Origin: an uncultured Thermoleophilaceae bacterium
GTDB lineage: Bacteria > Actinomycetota > Thermoleophilia > Solirubrobacterales > Thermoleophilaceae
Direction: 5' to 3'
DNA length: 64,000 nucleotides
Assembly (NCBI GenBank): GCA_963765135.1
Contig: CAVXUX010000007.1
Span: forward strand, 292,931 to 356,930
In this document: positions 50,410 through 61,050 of the stretch, one piece after another
Numbering within the stretch: position 1 is the stretch's first letter
Layout of the letters: every line of letters begins with the position of its first letter
The notes under the pieces: model-generated
Seen by the model: the letters and a program-made list of their open reading frames with translations, nothing else
What the model was told of the DNA's origin: nothing
The model's database searches: none
Position numbers and translations under genes: made by a program

Positions 50410-51515
50410 ATGCGGCCTTTCGCCGTCGCCCTGTTCGGCCTGGCTCTGTGCCTGACGGGCGCCATGTTCGACACCGCCTCGCTGTACGTGCCGGGGGTCG
50501 CGCTGATCGCGATCGCCGGCGCCGCGGCCGCGTGGGTGACGCTGGCGGCCAGCGGGGCGTCGATCGAGCGCCGCGTCGGCCCGCACACGGTCACCGAGGA
50601 GGAGCCCTACCCGCTGCGCATCGAGGTCAACGCCGGCGCCGTGCCGCCACCCGGCGGCGAGCTGATCGAGCCGCTGCTGGGCTGGCCGGTGCCGATCGCG
50701 GGGCGCTGGTCGCGGCGCGTGCGGATCAACGTGCGCTTCCAGCGCCGCGGGCGCCGGGTGCTGGAGCCCGGGCGGCTCGTGATCCGCGACCCGCTGCGCC
50801 TGGTCAGCCGTGAGCTGATCGGGTCGAGCGACCGACGAGGTGCTGGTGCTGCCGCGCGTGGAGCCCGTCACCGCTCCCGGCGGGGGCGGCGCCGGGGCCG
50901 GGCAGCACGGCGGACACGGGATCGACCCGGGCGTGATGGGCCGGCGGCTCGACGCGTCGATGGCCGAGCTCGAGATCGACGGCCTGCGCCCCTACCGCGA
51001 GGGCACCTCCGCTTCGCGCATCCACTGGCCGACGGTGGCGCGGCGCGGCGAGATGCTCGAGCGGCGCCTGGTCGCCGAGCTCGACTCGGCGCCGCTGATC
51101 GTGCTGGATCCGTCCGGCGAGGACGAGGAGGGGCTCGACAAGGCGGTACGCGCGGCGGCGCTCGCTGTGCGTGCACCTCGGCCACGCCGGCGGCTGCGCG
51201 ATCCTGCTGCCGGGCGAGCGGCGGCCGGTCGAGATCGGCCACGACCTCGCCGGGTGGGCGACCGTGCACGCGCGGCTCGCGCTCGTCGAGAGCGGCCCGC
51301 CGCCCTCAGCCGCGGTACTGGGCCCGCGCGGCGGCGCCGTCATCTGGGTTACCGCGGCCGCCGGCGTCGGCGCTCCGCGCGCGCTGGAGCGCATGCCGGC
51401 CGGCGCGCGCATCGTCGTCTCGCCGACTCCGCTGGCGCGTGGCCGGGCGCTGTTCGAAGTCGCCGGCTGCACCGGCAGCCTGGTCGAACGCGCGCGGCGC
51501 GGGGTGGCCGCGTGA
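50410..51515 (+). pseudogene. DUF58-family protein (MoxR partner), two frame breaks (near 50830 and near 51160)
   Basis: The N-terminal TM pair and beta region are in frame 50410. The DUF58 core LRPYREGTSASRIHWPTVARRGEMLERR is in frame 50840. The C-terminus (..LCVHLGHAGGCAILLPGERRPVEI..) is in frame 51171..51515. Confidence 0.75.
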
Positions 51516-51572
51516 GCGGCAGCGCGGCCACTGCCGTGGCGGGCGTGCGAGCCGGCGCAGCTGCCCGCCGCG

Positions 51573-53779
51573 GTGCGCGTGGCGGTGGTGCGGCTGACCG
51601 TGTTCGCCGCGCTGGGGCTGTTCGCGGCGGCGCACTGGGTGACGCTGGTGTCGTCGCCGCCGGTCGGGCGCACCGTCCTGGTCGTGCTGGTGGCCACCGG
51701 CACGGCGGCGCTGATGCTGGCGACCTCCCGGCTGCGGCCCAGCCTGGCCGCCCCGGCTGCCGTGCTCGTGGGCGTGGCCGGCCTGGCCCTCGGCCTCGGG
51801 GCGATGGGCCTCGAGCTGCGTCTGCTCTTCCCGGGCAATTGGGACGAGCTGTTCGACGGCCTCGATCGAGGGCTGGCGGGCGTGCAGTCCGCCGAGTGGC
51901 CCTACGACGGCGTGGACAGCTGGGTGCGGCTCACGACGCTGATGGGCGCGCCGCTGGCGCTCGGGCTGGCCGCGCTGCTCGCCTTCTTCCCGGCCCGCCG
52001 CGCCGAGCCCGTGCTGAGCGGACTGGGGCTGGTGGCGCTGCTGGTCCTCTACGGCGCCGCCGTCACCGAGCACGATCCGGGCGCGCCGCTGCTGCGCGGC
52101 CTCGCGCTGCTGGTGCTCGTGGGCGCCTGGCTGTGGCTGCCGCGCCTCGGTCCGCGCGAGGCGCTGGCCGGGGCCGCGCTGGTGCTGTCGCTGGGCGCCC
52201 TGTCGCTGCCGGTCGCCGCCGCGCTCGACAGCGAGCGGCCCTGGTGGAACTACGGCGCCTGGACGTTCCTGGAGAACCAGCGGTCGATCACGTTCGACTG
52301 GACGCATACCTACGGCCCGCTCGACTGGCCGCGCGAAGGGACGACGCTGCTGAACGTGGAGTCCGATCGCCGGCTCTACTGGAAGGCGGAGTCGCTCGAC
52401 ACCTTCGACGGCCTGCGCTGGGTGCGCGGCCAGTCGAGCACGGCGACCCAGCGCCTCCAGGGCGTGCCCGACCCGTCCTCGCAGGACAGGAGCTGGGACT
52501 ACTTCGAGTGGAACGGCAGGTGGGACGAGGAGATCCGCTTCACGGTGCGCTCGCTCTCGACCGACCTGCTCGTGGCGGCCGGGACGCCGTACATCATCTC
52601 CGGGGCGGGGCTGGTCACGACGGCCAGCGACGGCACCACCCGGATCGTCGACCAGCGCCTCGAGGACGGCGACAGCTACACCGTCAAGACCTACGCACCC
52701 AATCCCACGCCCGCGCAGATGCGCGGCGCCCCGGGCGACCTCTCGAACGCGCTGATGCAGTACACGGCGATCTCACTGCCGGGCGCGCCGGCAAGGGACG
52801 TGTTCGTCCCGCTGTGGGGCGACGCCACCTTCGGCGACCCGCGGGCGCCGGCGGCCGCGCTGGAGGCCTCGGTCTACGCGGACATGTACGGGATCGCCTC
52901 GCGGATCACGGCGGGCGCCCCGACGATGTACGACGCGGTCCAGCGGGTCGAGCGCTATCTCAACCGCAACTTCACCTACAGCGAGAAGCCGCGCGCGGCC
53001 CAGTACCCGCTCAACGCGTTCCTGTTCCGCGACAAGTTCGGCTACTGCCAGCAGTTCTCGGGCGCGATGGCCCTGATGCTGCGCATGGCCGGCATCCCCA
53101 CCCGCGTGGCCGCCGGCTTCGCGCCCGGCTCGCTCAACCGGGATAGCGGCGAGTACCGCGTGCGCGACCTGGACGCGCACTCCTGGGTCGAGGTCTACTT
53201 CAACGGGATCGGGTGGGTCACGTTCGACCCGACGCCCGCGGCCGCGCCGGCGGAGGCCCAGGCGGCCGACATCAACCCGACCAGCTCCACCGGAGGCGCG
53301 ATCAACGAGTCGCGGTCCGGCCTGGCCGCGCCGGACCCGAAGGCCGGGGCCGGCGGCTCCGCGGCCGACGGATCCGGCGGCGGCGTCTCCGGATGGCTGC
53401 TGGTCCCGCTCCTGCTGCCTGGTGGCCGCCGGCGCGTTCGCGTGGCGGCTGGTGCGCCGGGCGCGGCGGATGGGGGCCGCGGAGCTGGCCGAGGCGCAGC
53501 TGGCCGAGCTGCGCAGGGCGCTGCGCCTGGCTCGATTGGGACGTGCCGGCCAACACCACGCTGCTCACGCTCGAGGGACGGCTCGGGCGCGCCGCCGGCC
53601 CTGCCGCCGCCCGCTACGCGGCGGCGCTGAGGGCGTACCGCTACGACCCGGGCTCGCCGGCCGCGCCGAACCTGCGCGAGCGCCGTGCGCTGCGCCGCGA
53701 CCTGACCGCCCGCACCGGCCTGCGCGGCCGGCTGGTCGGGCTGGCCGCGATTCCGCCGGGCGGCCCGCGCCCGGCCTGA
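51573..53779 (+). pseudogene. transglutaminase-domain polytopic membrane protein (TgpA-like), two frame breaks near 53420 and 53530; start uncertain
   Basis: There are about 6 N-terminal TM helices. The transglutaminase core is FGYCQQFSGAMALMLRMAGIPTRVAAGF...DAHSWVEVYF (Cys-His-Asp type). The C-terminal TM and tail continue in frames 53422 and 53213..53779. An alternative GTG at 51512 (GTGA overlap with DUF58) would need one more shift. Confidence 0.75.
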
Positions 53780-53825
53780 GGCCGGATTTATGCGGCTCTA
53801 AGGAACTGCGCCTACAACAGGGCGT

Positions 53826-55049
53826 ATGAACACCACGAAGCAGCGTCTCGGAGCCTCCAACCTGATCGCCGGTGTGCTCGGCGGTCTGGTGGTGCTCGTG
53901 ATCGGCGCGATCCTGATCGAGACGGACGTGATCGACACCGGCGACTCCACCACGCGCGTGGTGCGGCAGGCGCCGATCTCCCAGGCGGCGACCGACCCCG
54001 CGGCCGCCCAGTCGGGCAAGACCGTCCAGGACATCTACCGCGAGGAGGGTCGCGGCGTGGTGTTCATCCAGTCCGAGGGCGTCAGCGGCGGTGAGAGCCC
54101 GCTCGGCCAGGAGCAGCAGGGCACGGCCACCGGGTCTGGCTTCGTGGTCGACAAGGACGGCACGATCATCACCAACGCCCACGTCGTCGACGGCGCCTCG
54201 AAGGTGACCGTCAGCTTCGAGGAGGGCGGCGAAGCGATCGACGCCGACGTGAAGGGCGTCGACGACGACGCCGACATCGCGGTCCTCAAGATCAACCCCG
54301 AGGGACGCGACCTCACCGTGCTGCCGCTCGGCGAGTCCTCGAAGCTCAACGTGGGCGACCCGGTCGTGGCGATCGGCAACCCGTTCGGCCTTCAGCGCAC
54401 CGTGACGACGGGCATCGTGTCCGCGCTCCAGCGCCAGGTCGACGCCCCCAGCGGCTTCCCGATCAGCAACGTGATCCAGACCGACGCCTCGATCAACCCC
54501 GGCAACTCCGGCGGTCCGCTGCTCAACGCCCAGGGCGAGGTGATCGGCATCAACAGCCAGATCGCCACCGGCGGCGGTCAGGGCTCGGTCGGGATCGGGT
54601 TCGCGGTTCCGATCGACCAGGCCAAGCGGGAGCTGCCGAAGCTGCGCGCCGGCCAGGAGATCAAGCGCGCGTACCTCGGCGTCGTGATGGCGGACGTGAC
54701 CGACCAGATCGCCAAGCAGCTCGACCTCCCGGTCAAGGAGGGCGCGCTCGTCCAGACCGTCACCAACGGCAGCCCCGCGGACAAGGCGGGCCTGCACGCG
54801 GGCTCCTCCTCGGGGCGCGGCGCCGACGTGATCGTCTCGATCGACGGCAAGTCCGTCACGAGCGCCGACGACGTCGTGCAGGCGGTGAGCGAGAAGGAGC
54901 CGGGTGACTCGGTCGAGATCGAGTACTACCGCGGCAACGACAAGCGCACCGTGACGGTGAAGCTGGGCGAGCGCCCGGAGCAGGTCGCTTCGACGGGCTC
55001 GCCGCAGTCGCCGGACGACAACGGCGGACTGCCGTTCAACCTGCCGTAG
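53826..55049 (+). CDS. htrA: HtrA/DegP-family serine protease with PDZ domain
   Basis: Intact 407-aa ORF with an N-terminal TM anchor, the catalytic triad context TNAHVV / DIAVLK / GNSGGPL, and a C-terminal PDZ (GSPADKAGL). Confidence 0.9.
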   Translation: MNTTKQRLGASNLIAGVLGGLVVLVIGAILIETDVIDTGDSTTRVVRQAPISQAATDPAAAQSGKTVQDIYREEGRGVVFIQSEGVSGGESPLGQEQQGTATGSGFVVDKDGTIITNAHVVDGASKVTVSFEEGGEAIDADVKGVDDDADIAVLKINPEGRDLTVLPLGESSKLNVGDPVVAIGNPFGLQRTVTTGIVSALQRQVDAPSGFPISNVIQTDASINPGNSGGPLLNAQGEVIGINSQIATGGGQGSVGIGFAVPIDQAKRELPKLRAGQEIKRAYLGVVMADVTDQIAKQLDLPVKEGALVQTVTNGSPADKAGLHAGSSSGRGADVIVSIDGKSVTSADDVVQAVSEKEPGDSVEIEYYRGNDKRTVTVKLGERPEQVASTGSPQSPDDNGGLPFNLP

Positions 55050-55083
55050 TGCGTTTCAAGCAGGGCCTGCGAGCATTGCGGGG

Positions 55084-55731
55084 GTGACCCGCGTGAAGAT
55101 CTGTGGGGTGAGCGACCCGGCGGACGCCCGCCGGGTCGCCGACCTGGGCGCGTGGGCGCTCGGGATGATCTTCTGGCCCCAGAGCCCGCGCGCCTGTGCG
55201 GTCGACACGGCCGAGGTGATCGGCGCTGAGCTGCAGCGCCGGCTCGAGCTGGTCGGGGTGTTCGTCAACGCCTCGCTGGACGAGGTGGCCGAGAAGGTCG
55301 ATCGCTGCAACCTGACGGTGGTCCAGCTCCACGGCGACGAGGGGCCGGCCTACTGCCGCGAGGTCGCCCGCCGGACCGGGGCCAAGGTGATGAAGGCGGT
55401 GCGCGTGCGCGACGCCGCCCAGCTGCACGACCTCCAGCGCTTCTACACCGACTTCCACCTGCTCGACGCCTACTCGCCGCGCACGCCCGGAGGCACGGGG
55501 GAGACGTTCGACTGGGAGCTCGCCCGGCGCCACCCGCGCACGCCGCCGGTGGTGCTCTCGGGAGGGCTCGACCCGGACAACGTGGGCCTGGCGGTCGAGA
55601 CCGCGCGGCCGTTCGCGGTCGACGTGGCGAGCGGGACCGAGGCGTCGCCGGGGCGCAAGGACCCGGCCAAGCTGACGGCGTTCGTGCGGGCGGTCGAGGA
55701 GGCCGACGCGCGGCTGGGGGCGCTGGCGTGA
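55084..55731 (+). CDS. trpF: phosphoribosylanthranilate isomerase
   Basis: 215-aa ORF with [17 protein letters not shown] and SGGL segments typical of TrpF. Confidence 0.87.
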   Translation: MTRVKICGVSDPADARRVADLGAWALGMIFWPQSPRACAVDTAEVIGAELQRRLELVGVFVNASLDEVAEKVDRCNLTVVQLHGDEGPAYCREVARRTGAKVMKAVRVRDAAQLHDLQRFYTDFHLLDAYSPRTPGGTGETFDWELARRHPRTPPVVLSGGLDPDNVGLAVETARPFAVDVASGTEASPGRKDPAKLTAFVRAVEEADARLGALA

Positions 55732-56906
55732 GCTCGCTGGTCGAGCGCCGCTTCGGGCCCTACGGCGGTCGCTACGTGCCCGAGACCCTGATCCCGGCGC
55801 TGGACCAGCTCGAGGCCGAATGGCTCGCCGCCCGCGCGGACCCGGCCTATACCGACACGCTCCAACGCCTCCTGCGCGACTACGTCGGCCGGCCGACCCC
55901 GCTCTACCACGCGGCTCGCCTGTCCGAGGTGACCGGCACCGAGGTGTGGCTCAAGCGCGAGGACCTCACGCACACCGGCTCCCACAAGATCAACAACGCG
56001 ATCGGGCAGGCGCTGCTCGCCCAGCGGATGGGCAAGCGGCGCGTGATCGCGGAGACCGGCGCGGGGCAGCACGGCGTGGCGGCGGCGACCGCGTGCGCTC
56101 TGCTGGATCTCGACTGCATCGTCTACATGGGCACCGAGGACATGCGCCGCCAGCGCCCCAACGTGGAGCGGATGCGGCTGCTCGGGGCCGAGGTGGTGGG
56201 CGTGGAGGCGGGGGCACGGACGCTCAAGGAGGCGGTGTCGGCGGCGATCCGCGACTGGGTCGGCAACGTGGAGACGACCCACTACGTGATCGGGTCGTGC
56301 GTGGGGCCGGCGCCGTACCCGGCGATCGTCCGCGACCTGCAGCGCACGATCGGCGACGAGGCGCGCGCGCAGGTGCTCGAGGCGGCCGGGCGGCTGCCCG
56401 ACCGCGTGATCGCGTGCGTCGGGGGCGGCTCGAACGCGATCGGGACGTTCGCGGGGTTCGTGGACGACGCCGCGGTCGCGCTCGTGGGCGTGGAGGCGGC
56501 CGGCGAGGGACTCGAGACGCGGCGCCACTCGGCGCCGCTGACGACCGGGGCACGCGGGGTCCTGCACGGGGCGATGTCGGCGGTGCTGCAGGACGAGGAA
56601 GGACAGATCCTGGAGGCGCACTCGATCTCGGCCGGGCTGGACTATCCGGGCGTGGGGCCGGAGCACGCCTGGTTGCGCGACTCCGGACGCGTGTCGTACG
56701 TGGCCGTGCCGGATGCCGACGCGCTGGCGGCGTTCAGACGGGTGGCGGAGCTGGAAGGCATCCTGCCGGCGCTGGAGCCGGCGCACGCGGTGGCGTGGCT
56801 GCTGGCGAACCCGGGCCCGGCCGGCTCGCTTGATCTGGTGACTCTGTCGGGCCGTGGCGACAAGGATCTCGCCGAAGTGCTGGCGCTGGGCTCACAGGCC
56901 TCATGA
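55728..56906 (+). CDS. trpB: tryptophan synthase beta chain
   Basis: GTG overlaps the trpF stop (GTGA). The PLP-lysine motif [15 protein letters not shown] and GGGSNAIG are present. Confidence 0.95.
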   Translation: MSSLVERRFGPYGGRYVPETLIPALDQLEAEWLAARADPAYTDTLQRLLRDYVGRPTPLYHAARLSEVTGTEVWLKREDLTHTGSHKINNAIGQALLAQRMGKRRVIAETGAGQHGVAAATACALLDLDCIVYMGTEDMRRQRPNVERMRLLGAEVVGVEAGARTLKEAVSAAIRDWVGNVETTHYVIGSCVGPAPYPAIVRDLQRTIGDEARAQVLEAAGRLPDRVIACVGGGSNAIGTFAGFVDDAAVALVGVEAAGEGLETRRHSAPLTTGARGVLHGAMSAVLQDEEGQILEAHSISAGLDYPGVGPEHAWLRDSGRVSYVAVPDADALAAFRRVAELEGILPALEPAHAVAWLLANPGPAGSLDLVTLSGRGDKDLAEVLALGSQAS

Positions 56907-57695
56907 GCGTGGCCACGCGGGGCATCGATCGCATCGCGGCGGCCTTCGCGTCGCATGGCAAGCGGGCCGCTCTGATGCCTTACCTGATGGGCGGCTACCC
57001 GTCCGCCGACGTCTCCGCCGAGGCTGGACTCGCTGCCGCGGCCGCCGGGCGCGGACCTGATCGAGCTGGGCATCCCATTCTCCGATCCGCTCGCCGACGG
57101 GCCCGTGATCCACGCGGCTGCCACCGACGCGCTCGCGGCCGGAGCGACCCCGCACGGCGTGCTGCGCGTCTGCGAGCGCGTGGCGGCCGAGGTGCCGGTG
57201 GTGCTGATGGTGTACGTGAACGTGGTCCTGACCGCTGGGCCCGAGGCGTTCGCGCTGCGCGCGGCGTCGGCCGGGGCGGCGGGGCTGATCGTGCCCGACC
57301 TGCCGCACGACGAGGCAGGCGAGGTGCGCGCGGCGTGCGACGCGGAGGGCCTGGCGCTGGTGCCGCTGGTGGCGCCGACGACGACGCCCGAACGGGTGGT
57401 CGAGATCGGGGCGGACGCGCGCGGGTTCGTCTACACGGTGTCGCTGACGGGGATCACGGGTGAGCGCGACGCGCTGCCGCCCGGGCTGTCGGAGACGGTG
57501 GAGCAGGTGCGCGGAGCCACCGAGGTCCCCGTGGCGGTCGGCTTCGGGATCTCGACCGGCGAGCAGGCCCGGGCAGTGGGCGAGCTGGCCGACGGGGTGA
57601 TCGTGGGCAGCCGGATCGTGAGAGCGGCCGGCGAGGGCGGGGCGGCGGCGGTGGGCTCGGTCGTCGGGGAGTTGGCGGAGGCGCTGCGGTTATGA
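56903..57695 (+). pseudogene. trpA: tryptophan synthase alpha chain, single frame break near 57045-57055
   Basis: ATG overlaps the trpB stop (ATGA). The N-terminus (..ALMPYLMGGYPS..) is in frame 56903. The active-site segment DLIELGIPFSDPLADGPVIHAA and the remainder are in frame 57105..57695. Confidence 0.88.
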
Positions 57696-57741
57696 GCGGG
57701 AAAAAAGTGACCTCCTGACCCGCTGGTAGGGTGCGCGCACC

Positions 57742-58368
57742 ATGGCGGAGACCAGGACGATCAGCGCGCGCAAGGGATCGGAGGCGGACGCCGGCTCCAA
57801 GCCCCAGCGAACGCGCATCACCAAGCGCAAAGCCCTAGAGAACCACGCCCGCAGCTACTTCGACGCCGTCAACCGGCGCGACGTCGACGGCATGCTGGAG
57901 CACTGGACCGAGGACGGGGTCGTCGACCTCGTGCCGATCGGCATCCTGCGCGGGCAGGACGAGATCGCGGCATTCTTCAGGGAGATGTTCGCCGCCTTCC
58001 CGGATGCCGAGACGACCGTCGCGCGGGTCGCGGCCGGCCAGAACGAGGTCGCCGTGGAATGGCGGATGACGGCCACGTTCACCGGCGCGCCGTTCCAGGG
58101 CATCGAGCCGACCGGCCGCCCGGTCGAGCTGCGCGGCGTCGACATGATCGAGATCGCCGACGGCAAGAACGTCACCAACACCGCCTACTACGACGGCATG
58201 GCCTTCGCCCGCGGCGCCGGCCTGCTGCCGCCGCAGGACTCGGGGGCCGAGCGCGCGATGCGGAGCGCGGTCAACGCGGCCACGCGCCTGCGCCGCGCGG
58301 TGTCCGACGGCCGCGACGCTCTCGTCGAGCGCCGCGACGCCCTCTCCCAGCGCAGGACCGCCGCTTGA
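57742..58368 (+). CDS. SnoaL-like / NTF2-fold (ester-cyclase-like) protein with basic N-terminal and helical C-terminal extensions
   Basis: 208-aa ORF with core YFDAVNRRDVDGMLEHWTEDGV...EWRMTATFTGAPFQGIEPTGRPVELRGVDMIEI. TAGGGT lies 9 nt upstream of the ATG. Confidence 0.68.
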   Translation: MAETRTISARKGSEADAGSKPQRTRITKRKALENHARSYFDAVNRRDVDGMLEHWTEDGVVDLVPIGILRGQDEIAAFFREMFAAFPDAETTVARVAAGQNEVAVEWRMTATFTGAPFQGIEPTGRPVELRGVDMIEIADGKNVTNTAYYDGMAFARGAGLLPPQDSGAERAMRSAVNAATRLRRAVSDGRDALVERRDALSQRRTAA

Positions 58369-58565
58369 TCGTCTACGTGACCCTGGTCGTCGGGCTGGTC
58401 TGGTGGATCGCCGCCTGGGCGTTCGGGATCAAGGCGTTCGACGCGTTCCTGCTCACCGCCGCGATGGTGGTCAGCGCGGCCGCCTACGTGATGGTGAAGC
58501 CCTTCCTCGATCGGGTCCTGGGCCGCACGGCCCCGACGATCGAGGAAGAGGGCGCCCACTTCTGA
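58365..58565 (+). CDS. small two-TM membrane protein (66 aa)
   Basis: TTG 58365 overlaps the upstream stop (TTGA). The product is (M)IVYVTLVVGLVWWIAAWAFGIKAFDAFLLTAAMVVSAAAYVMV.... I recognise no family. Confidence 0.45.
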   Translation: MIVYVTLVVGLVWWIAAWAFGIKAFDAFLLTAAMVVSAAAYVMVKPFLDRVLGRTAPTIEEEGAHF

Positions 58566-58603
58566 GCGCCGCGCCGGCGAGCCCGGCGCGGCCGAGAGCT
58601 CGA

Positions 58604-59635
58604 CTAGCCGAAGAACGCCTCGGCCGCGGCGTACTCGTCGTCCGGCACGGTGCGCAGTTCTGCCACGGCGTCGCCGAGCGGGACCAGCTCGATCTTCGAC
58701 CCCTTGAGCGCCGGCATCATGCCGAAGCGCTGCTCGTGCGCGGCGTCGATCGCCGCCAGCCCGAGCCGCGTAGCGAGCACCCGGTCGAAGGCGGTTGGCG
58801 TGCCGCCGCGCTGGATGTGGCCGAGCACGGTCGCGCGCGCCTCGAAGCCGGTGCGCTGCTCGATCTCGCGCTCCAGCTGCTGGCCGATCCCGCCGAGGCG
58901 CTCGTGGCCGAACTCGTCCTTCGAGCCGGAGACGATCTCGAGCGTGCCCTCCGCCGGGGTGGCGCCCTCGGCGACGACCACGATCGAGAAGTAGCGCCCG
59001 CGCGAGTGGCGGCGCCGGATCAGGCGCACGACCTCGTCGATGTCGAACGGGCGCTCGGGGATCAGGATCACGTCGGCGCCGCCGGCGAGCCCTGAGTGGA
59101 GCGCGATCCAGCCCGCGTGGCGCCCCATCACCTCGACGATCATCACGCGGTTGTGGCTCTCGGCCGTGGTGTGCAGCCGGTCGATCGCGTCGGTGGCGAT
59201 CTGCACGGCGGTGTCGAAGCCGAACGTCATGTCGGTGCCGCCGAGGTCGTTGTCGATCGTCTTCGGCACGCCCAGCACCGGCAGCCCGTGCTCGGAGTAC
59301 AGGCGGGCGGCCGCGCCGAGCGTGTCCTCGCCGCCGATCGCGATCAGCCCGTCGAGGTTGAGCGTGCGCATGTTCTCGGCGATCGCCGAGGGGCCGTCGT
59401 CGCGGCCGAACGGGTTGGTTCGCGACGACCTCAGGATCGTCCCGCCGCGCGGCAGGATGCCGCGCGTGGACTCGATCGTCAGCTCCTCGTAGGCGTTCTC
59501 GAGCGGCCCGCGCCAGCCGTCGCGGTAGCCGACGATCGCGTGCCCGTAGCCGTCGATGCCCTTGCGCACCACGGCACGGATGACGGCGTTCAACCCCGGG
59601 CAATCGCCGCCACCGGTGAGCACCCCGATCCGCAC
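58604..59635 (-). CDS. pfkA: 6-phosphofructokinase (ATP- or PPi-dependent, actinobacterial type)
   Basis: VRIGVLTGGGDCPGLNAVIR, GGEDTLG, PKTIDNDL, MGRHAGW and GHIQRGG are present. The start is taken at GTG 59635 (TATCGT 7 nt upstream). The track ORF extends to ATG 59680. Confidence 0.9.
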   Translation of the reverse strand: MRIGVLTGGGDCPGLNAVIRAVVRKGIDGYGHAIVGYRDGWRGPLENAYEELTIESTRGILPRGGTILRSSRTNPFGRDDGPSAIAENMRTLNLDGLIAIGGEDTLGAAARLYSEHGLPVLGVPKTIDNDLGGTDMTFGFDTAVQIATDAIDRLHTTAESHNRVMIVEVMGRHAGWIALHSGLAGGADVILIPERPFDIDEVVRLIRRRHSRGRYFSIVVVAEGATPAEGTLEIVSGSKDEFGHERLGGIGQQLEREIEQRTGFEARATVLGHIQRGGTPTAFDRVLATRLGLAAIDAAHEQRFGMMPALKGSKIELVPLGDAVAELRTVPDDEYAAAEAFFG

Positions 59636-59653
59636 CGGCGGCACGATAGCCGC

Positions 59654-59673
59654 CCGGGGGCGCGAGCCCCCGG
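59654..59673. promoter_or_regulatory. GC hairpin/palindrome in the divergent pfkA / binding-protein intergenic region
   Basis: CCGGGGGC-GCGA-GCCCCCGG, a perfect 8-bp arm, between the two candidate -10 boxes. Confidence 0.3.
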
Positions 59674-59698
59674 ATGGCATCGTTCAGAATCGAGAGGC

Positions 59699-60947
59699 GT
59701 GCCCCCGCGTCTCACCCTGCTTGCCCTGCTCGCCTGCGCCGCCCTCCTGGGCGGCTGCCTCGGCGACGACGGCGAGCCGGCCGAGGACCAGCCGATCCGC
59801 GGGCACGTGCTCAACCTGTACGCGAGCCGGCCCACCGAAGGCCCGTCCGCTGCTACCGGCAGGGCGGTCGCGGCCGGTCAGCGCCAGGCGCTCGCCGACG
59901 CGGGCGCCCGGGCCGGGCGCTATCGCATCCGTCTGATCTCCATGACCGCGTCCAAGCCCGGCTCCGGCAACTGGGATCCCGGTCAGGTCGCCGAGAACGC
60001 GGACCGCGCCGCGCGCGACCCGCGCGCGATCGCCTACCTGGGCGAGCTCAACCTGGGCGCATCGGCGATCTCGGTGCCGGTGACCAACAAGGCCGGCCTG
60101 CTGCAGGTCTCGCCGGCGGACGGGCTGGCCAGCCTGACGGAGACCCCGCCGCGGTCGGCGGCGGGCCCGGAGCGCTACTACCCCTCCGGGCAGCGGTCCT
60201 TCCTGCGGCTGGTGCCCGACGATCTCGACGAGGCGCGGCTGATCGTGGATCGCATGGAGGCGCTCGGGGTGGAGCGCCCGGCCCTGATCGTCGGCACCGG
60301 GGTCTACGCGCGCGAGCTCGCCACCGAGCTGGTCGCCGAGGCCCGCGACGCGGGCATCGCGCCGGTCGACACCAAGGATTTGCGCGACGACCCCGACACG
60401 GTGCTCGACGCCGCCGGCGAGCTGGCCGAGGCGCCGCCCGACGCCCAGCCGGACGCGGTCGTGCTGGCGCTCGCTCGCGACCGCTACACCGCTCAGCTGC
60501 TCGCCGGTCTGACGCGCGCCCTGCCGCAGGCGAGCCTGTTGACCGGCGACGGCGTGCTGGTCGGCCAGCCGCTGGTGGCCGCGGCCGGATCGGAGCCGGC
60601 GCGGCTCGAGGCGATCGCGCCCCAGCCGCCCCGCGGCGCCGCCGCCGCGCCGGGGCTGCGTGTCCTCAACCGGATCGCGCGCGACCAGGGCGCCGGGCTG
60701 GCCAGCCCGGCGGCGCTGTGGGGCTACGAGTCGGTGCGGGTCGTGCTCGACGCGATCCGCGCCGCGCAGCGCGACTCGGGCCCCGCCGACCGCGCGGAGA
60801 TCATCCGCGCAGGCCTGCGCCCGCGCGTGCGGCACTCGCCCGATCGGGACCTACCGCGTGCGTCGCAGCGGCGCCGTCGAGGGCCTGCCGATGGCTCTCT
60901 ACCGCCTGCGCGGCGATCGCTTCGAGTACGTGCGCTCCCTGCTGTGA
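59699..60947 (+). pseudogene. type-1 periplasmic-binding-protein lipoprotein (Leu/Ile/Val-binding-like), one frame break near 60840
   Basis: GTG 59699 gives VPPRLTLLALLACAALLGGC (lipobox). The product is paralogous to the next gene (AYLGELNLGASAISVPVTNKAGLLQVSP versus FYLGEFNSGGTKVSLPILNKAGIPQISP). The C-terminus ..IGTYRVRRSGAVEGLPMALYRL.. is in frame 60660..60947. Confidence 0.7.
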
Positions 60948-61050
60948 AGGCAGATTTTCTCCGCGTTAAGCCGTGTTGCGATCTTGCCCGGCGGACCGGC
61001 GCGTGCGTAGGATCCGGACAGTTCGGAGCCACAATCTCCTAGGAGGGAAA

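Noticed and set aside
57698-57731. Stem-loop with an A6 run after trpA (AGCGGG-aaaaaagtgacctcctga-CCCGCT), considered as a terminator or small RNA
   Set aside because: It has a 6-bp stem with an 18-nt loop and no downstream U-tract on the plus strand. The T-run exists only on the minus strand, where no gene ends. It more likely just precedes the TAGGGT box of the next gene.
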